64,000 bases of DNA from Hydrurus foetidus (taxonomy: Eukaryota): assembly GCA_900617105.1 (NCBI GenBank), contig UYFQ01000382.1, forward strand, positions 1 to 64,000, written 5' to 3'. The notes beneath the pieces were generated by a model, which was given only the letters and a program-made list of their open reading frames with translations, ran no database searches and was not told where the DNA came from. Below, one piece after another: positions 1 through 12,032 of this stretch. Every line of letters begins with the position of its first letter. The first letter of the stretch is position 1. The translations under genes were made by a program, and so were the position numbers.

Positions 1-981
1 ATTTTCTGAAGCTGTCACCGATGAATTGGTTGAATGCTGCCAGAAGCACTTCCATCGAACGTATAATGAGGCTTCCCTATCCAATTCTGCCGTGCGCCTC
101 AAAACTGCTCGAATAATGTATCTCTTCAGCTCACAATTCAGTATGCTCACTGCAAGTAACGCCTATTTGCGATAATAGACTGTGCGTGAACGATTGCCCG
201 AAACCCAGCATCAAATGTTAGTTTATTGCGATTCAAGCATAATCTGCCCTAGCACAGAAACAATTTATGCCGACGTTCTGTTGCTACGCCGCGCAGAACA
301 AAAGGGGATATCCTGAAAGTCGAAAAATCAATTTTGAATGTCATCAGATCACAGACTCATCATATTGGAAAACTTTTTAAACATCTCAAACAGCACTATT
401 CAACGTTTTAATCACGCTACTTGGAAGTGGTGTTGATGATATGTCGTCGGAAGATGAATTTGGGATCAAAATTGGGACTTCTGTTGCTCAATACGGACGC
501 CAGGACCAAAATTGACAGTTTAAATTGCTACCACTAAACTCACCATAGCCGAATTAGTGGTCACAGCCGCGGCCGAATTGGAGCTATTCGAGTCCATGTT
601 GTGTTGGTGTGATAAATGATGATGCTGGATGTGATGTTCAGAGATGGGAATCAAATAATCCAAAAACTGGTCGAACGATCTTGCAACTCTTGAACGTCGC
701 ACACTCAAAATTCATTTTTTTGAAATACCACGATCCGGAAATTGCATCTAATTTTCGGTTTCAGTTTTGGGTTTCGGTGCTAGTGGCATCTATTTTCTAT
801 GTCTAGAATTGCAATATGACCATTTAAAGCTTTAAGAAATATTTTGAAATTTTGCGTTGATGCCAAAAAATTTAGCTTACAAATTATCGCATTTAAGTTG
901 GATTTGTTTGGTGTCATTAAAAGTGTCATTTCTGCGTCATAAAAGGAGTTAGTAGTTAGCAGTATCAACTATTATACAGGC

Positions 982-1470
982 TAAATCGACCACGCTGCTC
1001 CGACGACAATCACGAAGCGGCAGAAACAGCTAATATCTGCCGTGATATCGCTGCCAAAGTCTTGGATGCTGATTCCCAATTGTTCCTACCGTCGGCGCTT
1101 GATTCATTGCAAAATTCATGAGTTTCGATGAGCCGACAATTCTACATGCCAAATCGACCGCACAGCATTATGAGAGTCCACACAGCGGAAAAAGCTACCA
1201 ATACCTACCATAATGATGCTGCCAAAGTCTTGGCCACTAAATCGCGATCGTTCATGTCGCCGACACCTGATTCATTGCAAAAATTATGAGTTTTGATGAG
1301 TCAACAATTCTATTAGCGAGCCAAGTTCACCGCACTGCTCCTCAGACTACCAGCAAGTGACAAAAGCAATCAATACCTGCTATGATATCGCTGCCAGAAT
1401 CCTGGACGCTGATTCCCATTGGCTCCTATCGCCGCCACCTGTTTCAAGCGATGTAGTTTTGTGAGTCAGC
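982..1470 (+). repeat. Degenerate tandem repeat, about 3 copies of ~170 bp
   Basis: Recurring blocks at ~170-bp spacing: aatcgacc(g)cac, gctgccaaagtcttgg/gctgccagaatcctgg, tgattcattgcaaaa, gagttt(c/t)gatgag. Confidence 0.6.
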
Positions 1471-1490
1471 GGGAAAAATGCAATTTATTA

Positions 1491-1567
1491 TAGACCGTGC
1501 ACTAAGGTGGTCAATTATCATTTTTATAACTAACAAAATAGATTAGTGATGGTTAGTGCACGGTTTA
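1491..1567. mobile_element. Tiny inverted-repeat element (MITE remnant)
   Basis: tagaccgtgcactaa ... ttagtgcacggttta: 12-bp perfect inverted repeat (15 bp with one mismatch) in a TA context. Confidence 0.4.
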
Positions 1568-1935
1568 TATGAATCAAGGAACTCATCAGACTATGCTACA
1601 GTGAATTTAAAGGGATCAGTGGCGATAAGAAATTGACTCAACTGGCGTCTGTTCTGAAGTTTACTTACATCGGATGAAAGAGCTTTGAGACTACAACACG
1701 ATCAAATTTCCTAGATCTCAGGGCGTACAGTGCAGTGTTCACAATCTGAGCTACTCTGACATGCATGTAACTCCCTTATCAGTCAAGCAAGAGTCAAGTT
1801 TCAAATTAGATGCAATTTCCAGAAGAGGGTGCGACGTGTGAGAAAAATTTACCGCAACCGGTAACGTCAAAGTGCCCCCTCTCCTTTTAATACCCCCTTG
1901 TTCTTACACATACCCCGGAAGGCTATGAGCCCGTT

Positions 1936-2326
1936 TGTTGGATATAGCATAGCTATCCCTATGGGGACAATCCCTTTGGGGGAATTCCCTTTGGGTAATA
2001 TCATTCAAGCCCAAGTGGAGGAGCGAGGGTAGCGCTCACAGACCCGAGACCATCACTCAAACTGTACTGAAAGTTGCAACTGATGATGACTGTGAACAGC
2101 CAACTGTAGCTAGTATAGCTAGCCATGAACTGCTATGTTTTGACACAATGAGCACTTCTAATTAAAAGAGACTATATGGCTGTGTGCCATTATACCTACA
2201 CTAGAGTGAGCTGTTGAAGCGACCTTGGTCGACTAGCTGAAAGCAAAGTGTGTTCTAAACGAATCACTGCTATCAACCAGGTGCTTTGACTGGATCCAGG
2301 ATCCAAAAGACAGCCTTATTCCAAGA
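1936..2326 (+). repeat. 5' LTR of Copia A
   Basis: Direct repeat of 7909-8123 plus 8909-9084; I count 4 substitutions, all in the distal half; ends TGTTGG...TTCCAAGA. Confidence 0.95.
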
Positions 2327-2353
2327 TAATTAGAAGCCGCTAGCTAGCTCAGA

Positions 2354-3619
2354 ATGAGTCAGCGAGGCGAGAAAGGCGCTGCCCAATCGAAATCTGAGAA
2401 GGGTGAAAAGCGCGAAAGTTCAGCAATCGCAGATGGCTTGAGGCCAGAAAGTTTGCCTGAGATAACCCACAACGGGTGGAAAGAGTGGGACGACACTATG
2501 TTGAAACTGAAAGAGTACATGAGAATCAACTTTCAGGACCTCCAGACCATCTGTCCAGACCCCATGCTGCTCACTATTAGACCTGCCTACAAGGTTTACG
2601 ATTCCAAACCGCCCAACTTCACATTGCTGGAATCCTTCACTGAAATCACGGATCCGAAGGGATATCGAGCAAAGATGATGATGAATGACATCAATACCGA
2701 CAGAGCATTAGTGAACAAAAGGAGAATGCAGCAGATGGATGACCGTGAATCGGCATACCGCCTGATTCGTACGATGTGTTCACCATCGCTCAACGCGATT
2801 CTGACAGTAAAAGCGGAATTCATAGTAGTCGAACTCGACGATCCACTTAAACTACTCGAAGTTATCAAGTCAGTTGTTACATCAAGATGTGATGGCAATC
2901 AGGAATTTGAGCGGTCCCAGGCCCTACGAGACTGGTACACGCTGACTATGAGTACGGGTGAAGACATCGTACCGTACGGACGACGTGCGGTCAAGCTTTT
3001 CGGTCGACTCGCTGCAACAGGAGTACCAGAAGCGCAGATTCCAAATGCTGTCCAACAAGCGACAAAGCTAATTGAGGGGTTGAGTAGTACCTCACAGGTC
3101 TACCATGACTACAAGAACTATCTCAGCAATTATTTGGAGTGCAACAAGATTGACATTTATCCGAAGACCCTGATGGAGGCTATTAACGGAGCAACTAGAT
3201 TCCATCGTGGGGTAAAGGGTAGTGTATTACAATCAGCGATAGTGACTCACCAAATGGCACTTGCAGCAAAGAACCTCACGAAACCGGGCGGTCCCCCAAA
3301 GGGCGAAAAACCACCCGTTAAAGAAAAGGCCAAGAAGATTAACCCGGCAAAGATAAAAGAGCCTAAAGTGTCCTTTGTTAAAGATACAAAGGAGGGCAAG
3401 TTCAGTGGAAATTGTTACCACTGTGGAAAAGCAGGTCATTGTGCTAGTGAGTGCAGAAAGAAGGCAGCTGGAGAGCCTCCTTCAGCCCCAAAAACATCAA
3501 TGTCGGCGAGGAGACAAACTGAGGAAGATGACCCCAGTGCTCAAGGAGATGTCTACACTGCTTTTGGCCAAATATGGGATCAAGAGATTAACGAGAATAA
3601 ATATGGCGACAGGCACTGA
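2354..3619 (+). CDS. Copia A gag with CCHC zinc knuckle
   Basis: 421-aa ORF with CYHCGKAGHCASEC; the TGA is followed in frame by pol. Confidence 0.9.
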   Translation: MSQRGEKGAAQSKSEKGEKRESSAIADGLRPESLPEITHNGWKEWDDTMLKLKEYMRINFQDLQTICPDPMLLTIRPAYKVYDSKPPNFTLLESFTEITDPKGYRAKMMMNDINTDRALVNKRRMQQMDDRESAYRLIRTMCSPSLNAILTVKAEFIVVELDDPLKLLEVIKSVVTSRCDGNQEFERSQALRDWYTLTMSTGEDIVPYGRRAVKLFGRLAATGVPEAQIPNAVQQATKLIEGLSSTSQVYHDYKNYLSNYLECNKIDIYPKTLMEAINGATRFHRGVKGSVLQSAIVTHQMALAAKNLTKPGGPPKGEKPPVKEKAKKINPAKIKEPKVSFVKDTKEGKFSGNCYHCGKAGHCASECRKKAAGEPPSAPKTSMSARRQTEEDDPSAQGDVYTAFGQIWDQEINENKYGDRH

Positions 3620-6600
3620 AGCGTGTGCTATACCACCATACCGGTGGAAGTCGCAACCCTCGGTCCTCGGTCCGATTTTTCTGCAAACCGTAACATCAAC
3701 CAACATAGTACCTCCGAGGCCATCTTTGACACTGGAGCTACTGGCACCATCATTACATGTGCGGATGTTCTGAGTGACATCGCGACATGCACTCCTACTG
3801 TGTTCAAAGGCTTGCATGGTTCGCTTACTGTAACTAAAGCAGGAAACCTTCGCGACATTGGCATCGTTCATTTTGATCCGCGTGCTGGACTTTCCATCGT
3901 ATCGGCATCCGATTGCCTGTTGCAAGGGCACAACTGGGAGTTTCGCCAGGGTTCTATGATAGATCAGGATGCATTTCTGCTTCACACTGATCAGAGCACC
4001 TACAAATTCCAACATCGTGGAGGGCTATATGTCGCCGATTTGGCAGTGCCACCGGAGCCGCGATATTCTGACGCCGCAGAGCGCAGAAATGCATATGCTC
4101 ATCCGGCAGTGGTAAAAACACCATCTACAAGCATATTTTACTCTACAAAACTGCCTACAACGGACGCCAACGAAGCCAAATTCACGAAACGCGAAGTTCA
4201 AAGAAGCGCTGATGCACGACGCATGCAAGCGAGTTTGGGATTTCCACCAGATCAGAAATTCATTTCTGCATTGCGAGCTGGAACGTTTCTCAACTGCGAC
4301 ATCTTACCTGAAGATGTCGCACGTGCTACAGAAATTTGGGGAGCAAACACGGCTTCACTCAAAGGACGCACTACTCGGCTGAGGCCTATGCCACCACCAC
4401 AGCTACCTACTACGACACGAAACTTTGATGCGCAACACATGCATTGTGACATCATGTTCATAAATAAGCAGCCATTCCTAGTTTCGATTACCCATCCACT
4501 GGGAATTGTTTTGGTCGGCTGTGTTGACAATGTTACAACGCCGGTGCTCAGACAGAGCCTCAAGCGTATGTTCGGCACCATCGGGTCCCGACGAATTTCC
4601 ATCGTGAAATTTACAAGTGACAATGAGCGAGGCATCGCTGCACTTTTCAACGACATGAACGCCATGGGTGTCGAAGTGATTGCGGTTGGTCCAGGGCAAC
4701 ATGATCACATTATTGAACGAATGATCAGGCACCTAAAGGAGACCATCCGCTGTACCATCTTCAGTCTACCGTACCTACTGCCTGACATACTCATGTCCTA
4801 CCTCGTGACAGCCTCTGCGAAGAAGTTACTACTCTTTCCCTCATCGACGAGGACAGATAGAATTTCCCCTTTCGAAGCTTTCTTTGGTAGAAAGGCGGAC
4901 ACGAAAAAAGATATTGGACCACCGTTCGGGTCATACTGCCAAGTCACCGGGAGGGTGCTTAGCAACAACATGGATCCAAGAACCATTGGATGCCTATACC
5001 TAGAACCAAAGATGAATGGGACAGGCACTCATTCCTTTATGCGCATCGACACTAGGAGCGTCATATCGGCCAACCACTATGTGGTGCTACCGATACCACC
5101 ACTCGTCACCACCACTGTAAATGGGTGGGCATCGAAGAACAAGATACATACATCGAAAGAACCAATATTCACTTTCCATGATAACGACATCACTAGAGAT
5201 ATCGACGATGATATTGTCACAATGGATTCACCTTCAATACCGGTGCCGTTTCAACTTACACCTCCAATCTTACCGGTGTTCCCGGATGAAACCGACACGC
5301 CTCATACCATGATGGAACCTCAAATTGCTCAAGACCAAATTGAGATTCGGGGTGAAATGGAATCGGCGGGTGCTGAAAATACTAGTAATCTGACTTCCGA
5401 CGAAGTATCCGGGCCAGAAACTACATTTGAAGCGGTACCGGAGGAGCAACCAGAGGCACCACCTACCACCGCAGTACGTACGTACGTACGCACCTAGTGC
5501 ACCAGTTGAATTGCGTGAGAAGTCGACGAGAATTCGAAAGGCACCAGACCGACTCGACTTAGTAGCTGACAAACTATCTATTCCAGCGCAGAAAGAAGGA
5601 ATTAGGGGTGACTGGTCACTTATGACAGTTACCCGGGCATTGAAACTTTTCCCGGATAAGGCTACCGCAGCCATTGAGTCAGAGGTCAAATCACTACTGG
5701 CAAAGGGGACATTTTCAGGAGTCCACATGGAACAACTCACACCTACTCAGACGAAGAAGATCCTCCGTTCGAACATGAATGTTGTGGAGAAATACCTTCC
5801 AACACTAAACTCGAATGGCGATCGCCAAATCGACAAGGTCAAGGCGCGCTTCTGTGTGGATGGGCGTGCACAAGTCAGAGAGGACTATGCTGCAGATGAA
5901 GTTGAGTCACCGACAGCGAGCATACCGTCCCCTGCCTATTGTTTTGTTTTCAAATGGTATTACGGATAAATTGCCTACTGTGAAAATCACTGAAAATCAC
6001 CCAAAATCACCCCGAAATTGAATTTCTCCAAGACAATTGAAAATGCTATCTCCATCAATGCTGCTTCTCATGACAACCTAGTTGGAGATTCGAATTCAGC
6101 GTAATTATCAAGGGTGGACTGCCGACTCAAAATTCCTCTAGCGATTTCGTGGTTTACAAAAATTTCAATCCCCGGTACTGAGATTGAGAAAATCATGATT
6201 TCAGATGACAAGTTCACTGTGAATTACTCCTCAAATGTTCATGACACCATACAACTTCTTGTCTGAAATGACAATATTACCAAGCTTTCGTCATTCAAAT
6301 CAGAGCGGCATCATAGCAGCCAACGAGCTTCGTACAATATGCTCGAAAACGCATGTTTTCGGAAAACCGGAAAACAAAACAATAGGCAGGGGACGGTAGC
6401 TGCTATATTTACAGTTGCACAGATTGCTGCTGCGGAAAACTGTTTCATCATGGTCGGGGACATTGGGTCCGAGTACCTCAACGCCAACATGCCTATGGAT
6501 AAACCGGATAAAATCCTTCATATGTATATCGATAAAAATGTGACCGACGCCATCATCAAACAAGACAAATCTTTTGCGCCCTTCAGAAGACACAATGGAG

Positions 6601-7742
6601 GGTTGGTGGTGAGACTGGACAAAGCACTATACGGGTGTATTGAGTCTGCTAAACTATGACACAACGAGATAGCCGGAACCCTACGGTCAAATGGTTTCAC
6701 GGCTAACCCGCGCGATATTTGCGTCTTCAACAAGGACGTCAAAGGCAACCAATTTACGATTCTAGTCTACGTAGACGATCTGAAGATGACATGCGTGGAC
6801 AAGAAAGCGGTTCTTGACATGGAAAAGATTTTGCTGAAAACGTACGGCCAATTCCGTACCACCCAAGAGCGCGTTCTACCGTACCTAGGCTGCATGTGGG
6901 ATTACACTGAGCCTAGATTTGTAAAGGTAACACAGATCGGGATGATCCAAGATCTGATATCATCAAGGGAAAAAAGCCACGCCGAACGCGGTATGAAGCT
7001 CATCGGAGACCCATCATCACCGGGTGCCCCACACCTATTTGAGCGGACCTTGGACTGCAAATTCCTGAATGAGAAAGACGCTAAAACCTTTCACACCGAC
7101 GTTGCTACGGCGCTATACCTGGGGAACCGAACACGCCCAGACATTGTATTAGTGTTGGGTGAACTGTGCAAACGTGTAAAGGCACCGACAACAGAAGACG
7201 ACAAGAAACTCGATAGGCTCATATGCTATCTGAGGGCTACTAGAGACAAGCCATTACGACTCGGTTGCACTTTGCCAATGACAGTCACAGTATCAATTGA
7301 TGCTGCATTTGCTAACAGAGAGCAAATGAAATCAACCTCAGGAATGTGTGTCACATTAGGGGTGGGGAATTTTATTTCGAGTTCCAAGGTCCAGAAGCTG
7401 AATTCCAAGTCAAGTACGGAGTCCGAGATCATTGCGGTTTCCGACGGAATGAACATTCCGCTATGGCTTGCTGGTTTTATTGCATACCAAGGACATGGAA
7501 AACACCCAGTGAGGCTGGAACAAGACAATCAGTCATGCATCACGCTGCTGAAAAAAGGTCGGTCTACCGCAGAGACCACCCGGTTTATTGAGGTACGACA
7601 ATTCTGGATCTCAGACTACATCCGTATCGGTGCCGTAAACATTGTCTACGTGCCCACCGAGGATATGACATCCGATTACTACACCAAGCCACTACAAGGA
7701 ACGGTTTTTTCCAAGTTGGTGAAGAAAATTCTAGGAAATTAA
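3620..7742 (+). pseudogene. Copia A pol (protease, integrase, RT, RNase H), disrupted
   Basis: Protease IFDTGAT; integrase HCDIMF...SDNE...ERMIR; RT KARFCVDG, KALYGCIESA, YVDD; RNase H SIDAAF...STESE...QDN...SDYYTKPL. Lesions: frameshift at a (GTAC)n run ~5474-5490, MITE at 5925-6396, TGA at 6657. Confidence 0.92.
5925..6396. mobile_element. Tc1/mariner-type MITE (472 bp) inserted in Copia A RT
   Basis: Perfect 27-bp TIR ccgtcccctgcctattgttttgttttc, TA TSD (5923-5924, 6397-6398); removing it restores ESPTASI-AAIFTVA in frame. Confidence 0.93.
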
Positions 7743-7908
7743 GTACTTCACATTATTGACTTACAGTTGAGCTATTTTTAAAAAACTTTTATTAGCAACA
7801 AAACTTGTATGATCACTATAGCTTACCATAGTTACAAACACGATTTATGATTACATTTCTATGAAGAAATATGAATATGCCGCCTGAATGCTTGTGACAT
7901 TAGGGGTG

Positions 7909-9084
7909 TGTTGGATATAGCATAGCTATCCCTATGGGGACAATCCCTTTGGGGGAATTCCCTTTGGGTAATATCATTCAAGCCCAAGTGGAGGAGCGAG
8001 GGTAGCGCTCACAGACCCGAGACCATCACTCAAACTGTACTGAAAGTTGCAACTGATGATGACTGTGAACAGCCAACTGTAGCTAGTATAGCTAGCCATG
8101 AACTGCTATGTTTTGACACAATGCCAGTGGGGGGCATAACTGTCGCCGGGGCATAACTGTCGCCGCTACCATCTAAAAGAATGTTAATTCATCTATTACA
8201 CATCGGTCTACGTATTTGATGAGTGTTCCTGAAACTAGAGAATATTCTGCACATGACAGTCACAACAGAAATACAAAATATTTCTTTTTTGGTGATGATA
8301 ATAATTCCGGGAAAAAGTGTCTTTTTTGTCGTAGAATTTGGAAGGTCCAGGATCCACACAGTGACAAAATATTTAGTCCCCCTAATTTTGATATCGATAA
8401 AGTAGCTATGCATCGGCATCCATGAATTTTTTCAAGGTCTATCGAGTTGTTCTTAGCCACTAATTCTTTCACTGAGTAGCATTTTTGAGGCCAATAATCC
8501 GTACATTTTTAAGTTTTCTCTGCGAACGTACGGTGGAAATGTAGCCAAAATTAGCTTTCCATCGCTAAAATTGTGGCTAAGAGCAACTCGATAGACCTTG
8601 AAAAAATTCATGGATGTCGATGCATAGCTACTTTATCTATATCAAAATTAGGGGGACTAAATACTTTGTCACTGTGTGGATCCTGGACCTTCCAAATTCT
8701 ACGACAAAACACTTTTTCCCGGAATTATTATCATCACCAAAAAAGAAATATTTTGTATTTCTGTTGTGACTGTCATGTGCAGAATATTCTCTAGTTTCAG
8801 GAACACTCATCAAATACGTAGACCGATGTGTAATAGATGAATTAACATTCTTTAGATGGTAGCGGCGACAGTTATGCCCCGGCGACAGTTATGCCCCCCA
8901 CTGGAATGAGCACTTCTAATTAAAAGAGACTATATGGCTGTGTGCGATTATACCTACACTAGAGTGAGCTGTTGAAGCGACCTTGGTCGACTAGCTGAAA
9001 GCAAAGTGTGCTCTAAACGAATCACTGCTATCAGCCAGGTGCTTTGACTGGATCCAGGATCCGAAAGACAGCCTTATTCCAAGA
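7909..9084 (+). repeat. 3' LTR of Copia A, interrupted by a foldback element
   Basis: Matches the 5' LTR on both sides of the 8124-8904 insertion. Confidence 0.95.
8124..8904. mobile_element. Non-autonomous foldback DNA element (781 bp), superfamily unassigned
   Basis: ~335-bp inverted arms (8124-8460, 8573-8904) starting CCAGTGGGGGGCATAACTGTCGCC; 4-bp TSD AATG shown by comparison with the empty 5' LTR. Confidence 0.93.
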
Positions 9085-9537
9085 CCGTTCGATGATTTTC
9101 CGGGTCCCCGCCAAATTTCTAGTGGGCCGCTAGCGCCGGTCAAATCCGCTAGATTTCAGATATGGCCGAAAAGAAGATTTTCTGAAGCTAGCCATTTCAC
9201 CCCAAATCACTGAAATCGGATCTAATTTCTAGCGGATTTTTTTTCAGCGAACGGGCTCTATATATTCAGTTTGGAGGAGTTAGTGGAGGAAGCAGTACGT
9301 AACGCACTTACGATTTTGCGGTTGAAAACGCGTTGGAATATTCGAATTTCAGCGACATGAAAAGGAAATGAAAAGCACAGCAAGCCGACCCGCGTCGTCA
9401 GAGAACGAATAAAGCTGTAGTCGCTTTCGTCGAAACTCAGAAAGAGGAGGAGTTTGGAGTCACTTGTTTGCGACTGTCACATCGTCATTCTGGCTTGCTT
9501 ACTTTCTTTGTTTCTCTTTTTCAGTACAGTAAATTCA

Positions 9538-11126
9538 ATGTCGGGATCTTCGAATGAACACGGTGTTCAAAATAAGAGAAGAAGATACAATGTACAATAT
9601 GATTTCGAGTTGGATAAGCAAGAGATACTAAAAGTAAGATTAGAGATAACTTCAAAACTAAGTAACGGTTCAATCATGGAAAATTCCGTGTGGCTCAAAA
9701 ATAGTAGTGACAAAATATCATCAGAGGATGTAGTGAAGGGAACTACAATCATGATCCCTGTCGATCTCCCAGACGAAGGCGAACTAGTCGACGACACATG
9801 GGTCACGACTTCAAATTGGTATTTTGGCAGTATTAAGGAAGTTAATCTTGACTTAACGGTCGAAGTAGGAATTCTGGGTGCAATAATCGAAATGGATGAA
9901 TACAATTTGCCGATAGGATGGTCAGCAAGAGTGATCCTACCAGCTTATGTCTTGTCGCCAAAAGGGAGGTTGAAAGTCATGAGTGATGATCTTCTAGTCA
10001 AGTTGGCTGAATCCCCAAATGAAAAGGTGAGATTGTATCTGATATTGGAGGTGTTAAAAAAATATCGATGTTTGGGATACCGGATCTTGATGGTGTACCG
10101 AGGCCATGTTCAATGAAGGCAGAAGGAATAAAACGAATGCTCAAAGTGGGAGGACTGATTCGACTTCTAGGGGGAAGATTCGAAAGGTTGATAAAGGACT
10201 TATCTTACTGCAGGGAAACATTTACGGCAACTTGCCAAAGATATGCTGAGTCGGCTGATAACTTACCGAAGGACTCAATATTCAAGTCATTCGTGAAATT
10301 GCCGAAATTGAAAGGATTACCGATCTATGACAACACGACAACACTAGAAACATTCTTGTCGGGAGACTATCCACTATACGACAGGTCACAAATATCTCTG
10401 AAAGATTTTTTGAGTTTTAACTGAGACAGTATTAAATGGGGGAAGTCACCGTCAAGGGAAGGTCGGGCAGCATTTACCGACGCCTTCACGAATTTTCAAA
10501 GAGTCTTGGTGGTGTATTTCGGTAACGACTACAGCGAATGTTGCAAAGATGTTTTAGACGTACTGAACGAGGACGACGATATACTTCAGGAGTATAAAGA
10601 TTCGTACATACAGATTAAACTGGAAATGGCAATATCGCTGTTTTACCACGACATCTACAAGGAGAAGGAGTCGCTTGCGTATCCAGCAATGTCAATGACA
10701 ACTCCATCCGAATGCGCAATTTTACTTAGACATTACTTGCGGACAGAAATCGAGAAATCACGAATTACGACAACGGCGAGTGCATCATGGGAAAGACATC
10801 CGCACTCAAAGTTCTATTCTCAAGAAGGGACTTTCAATAAAGTCCAATTCAAGAAGTCCGTCAAGTCAGAAGTACCATCGAATAAGGTGGACAAGCCAAT
10901 TTGCATATGGCATTCTGCTGGACTTCTACAAGTGAAGAATGCACATGGTCAGTTTGTCGCTTGTCGCAGAGCTCAATGCGAATGGTCCCATCGAAACTTA
11001 TCAGAGTGCGCAAAGAAGGAACTACTGCTAAAAGCGGATTCGCTCTATGGATTCAAGGCACAGTACATGAAACAAATAAACGCTATTGCTAAAGATCTCA
11101 AGGACGGCCGTGCCAAAGGCAAATAA
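9538..11126 (+). pseudogene. gag-like ORF1 of the YR retroelement
   Basis: Three ORF pieces joined by a frameshift at an A-run (~10060) and an in-frame TGA (10422); C-terminal Cys/His cluster CIWH...CRRAQCEWSH. Confidence 0.6.
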
Positions 11127-11267
11127 TGGCAATGCGATGTAGAGCCGCGGTTCACATCGCTAAGCGAGATATACCCAACAAAGAGTACCCAAGCAATCGG
11201 AATCAAGGGCGGTTCAAGCGAAAAAATCCACAAGAAACATACCGCTACAAAATTCAACAACTCGAAA

Positions 11268-11940
11268 CGAAGGTATCGTACAAAGACGGATGCAGCACTG
11301 ACAGCAGCGCACAATAGAGATGACAATGCACAACACATCTCATCTGACACAACACACTCTGACAGCAGAGCATCGAGTACAGAAAGAATAAGGCAGCCAA
11401 TTGAGAAGCAGCCTACATCGAGCATCAATAGTCACAACGATACATTACACAAGAAAAGGTATCGAACCAACACGGAAGATGACGCGCCGACAGCAGCGCA
11501 CAATACGGATGATGATGCTCAACACATCTCATCTGACACAACACACTCTGACAGCAGAGCAACAAGTATAAAAAGCGTAAGACGGCCAGTTGAGAAGCAA
11601 CCTATGTCGATCGTCGGTTGTCGCGACGAAGCATCACATGAGGAAAAATGTCGAACAAGTTCGACGGATGAAGCACTGACAACAGCGCACAATGCAGATG
11701 ACGATGCACGGCACACTGACACAACACACTCTGACAGCAGAGTAAGAAGAATAAAGACAGTAAGGTGGAACCCAGAAATATGAACTACTTCGATCATCAG
11801 TAGTCACAACGATACGTTACACAAGAAGAGGTATCGAACCAATACGGAAGATGACGCGCCGACAGCAGCGCACAATACGGATGATGATGCTCAACACATC
11901 TCATCAGACTCAACACACTCTGACAGCAGAGCAACAGAAA
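11268..11940 (+). repeat. Four ~186-bp coding tandem repeats upstream of RT
   Basis: Recurring aggtatcg...acagcagcgcacaat...acaacacactctgacagcagag, translating as RYRT...TAAHN...TTHSDSRA in the RT frame. Confidence 0.85.
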
Positions 11941-12032
11941 CAGGAGCACTAGAAGGGACAGTTGGGAAACCACTTACTACAATCGCAAGAAATGAAAAGG
12001 AGGCGTCATATGACACCGCGATAAGGGACACC

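Larger units (their letters stand above)
1936..9084 (+). mobile_element. Ty1/Copia LTR retrotransposon A, full length but degenerate, resembling diatom CoDi-type elements
   Basis: 391-bp LTRs (1936-2326; 7909-9084 once the insertion is removed), 5-bp TSD CCGTT (1931-1935, 9085-9089), PPT aggggtg before the 3' LTR, gag-PR-IN-RT-RH order. Confidence 0.96.
1927..9258. mobile_element. Tourist/PIF-Harbinger-like MITE (~178 bp; pieces 1927-1935 and 9090-9258), split in its left TIR by Copia A
   Basis: Removing Copia A and one CCGTT gives TIRs gagcccgttcgatga / tcagcgaacgggctc (1 mismatch), flanked by a 3-bp TAT duplication (1924-1926, 9259-9261). Confidence 0.75.

Noticed and set aside
300..740. 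Possible old inverted-repeat element (aaaaatcaattttgaatgt vs acactcaaaattcattttt)
   Set aside because: Similarity is short and AT-rich, with no definable termini or TSD
1920..1932. ggctatgagccc resembles the half-tRNA-iMet PBS (ggttatgggccc) of copia-type elements
   Set aside because: Better explained as the TAT TSD plus left TIR of the split MITE, whose partner lies at 9244-9261; no LTR precedes it
8189..8794. Pair of near-identical short ORFs on opposite strands
   Set aside because: Artefact of the foldback element's inverted arms
1578..9440. Hammerhead ribozyme cores (ctgatga at ~2080, ctcatcag at ~1583, tttcgtc...ctcag at ~9425)
   Set aside because: None has the CUGAnGA-stem II-GAAA arrangement with closing helices
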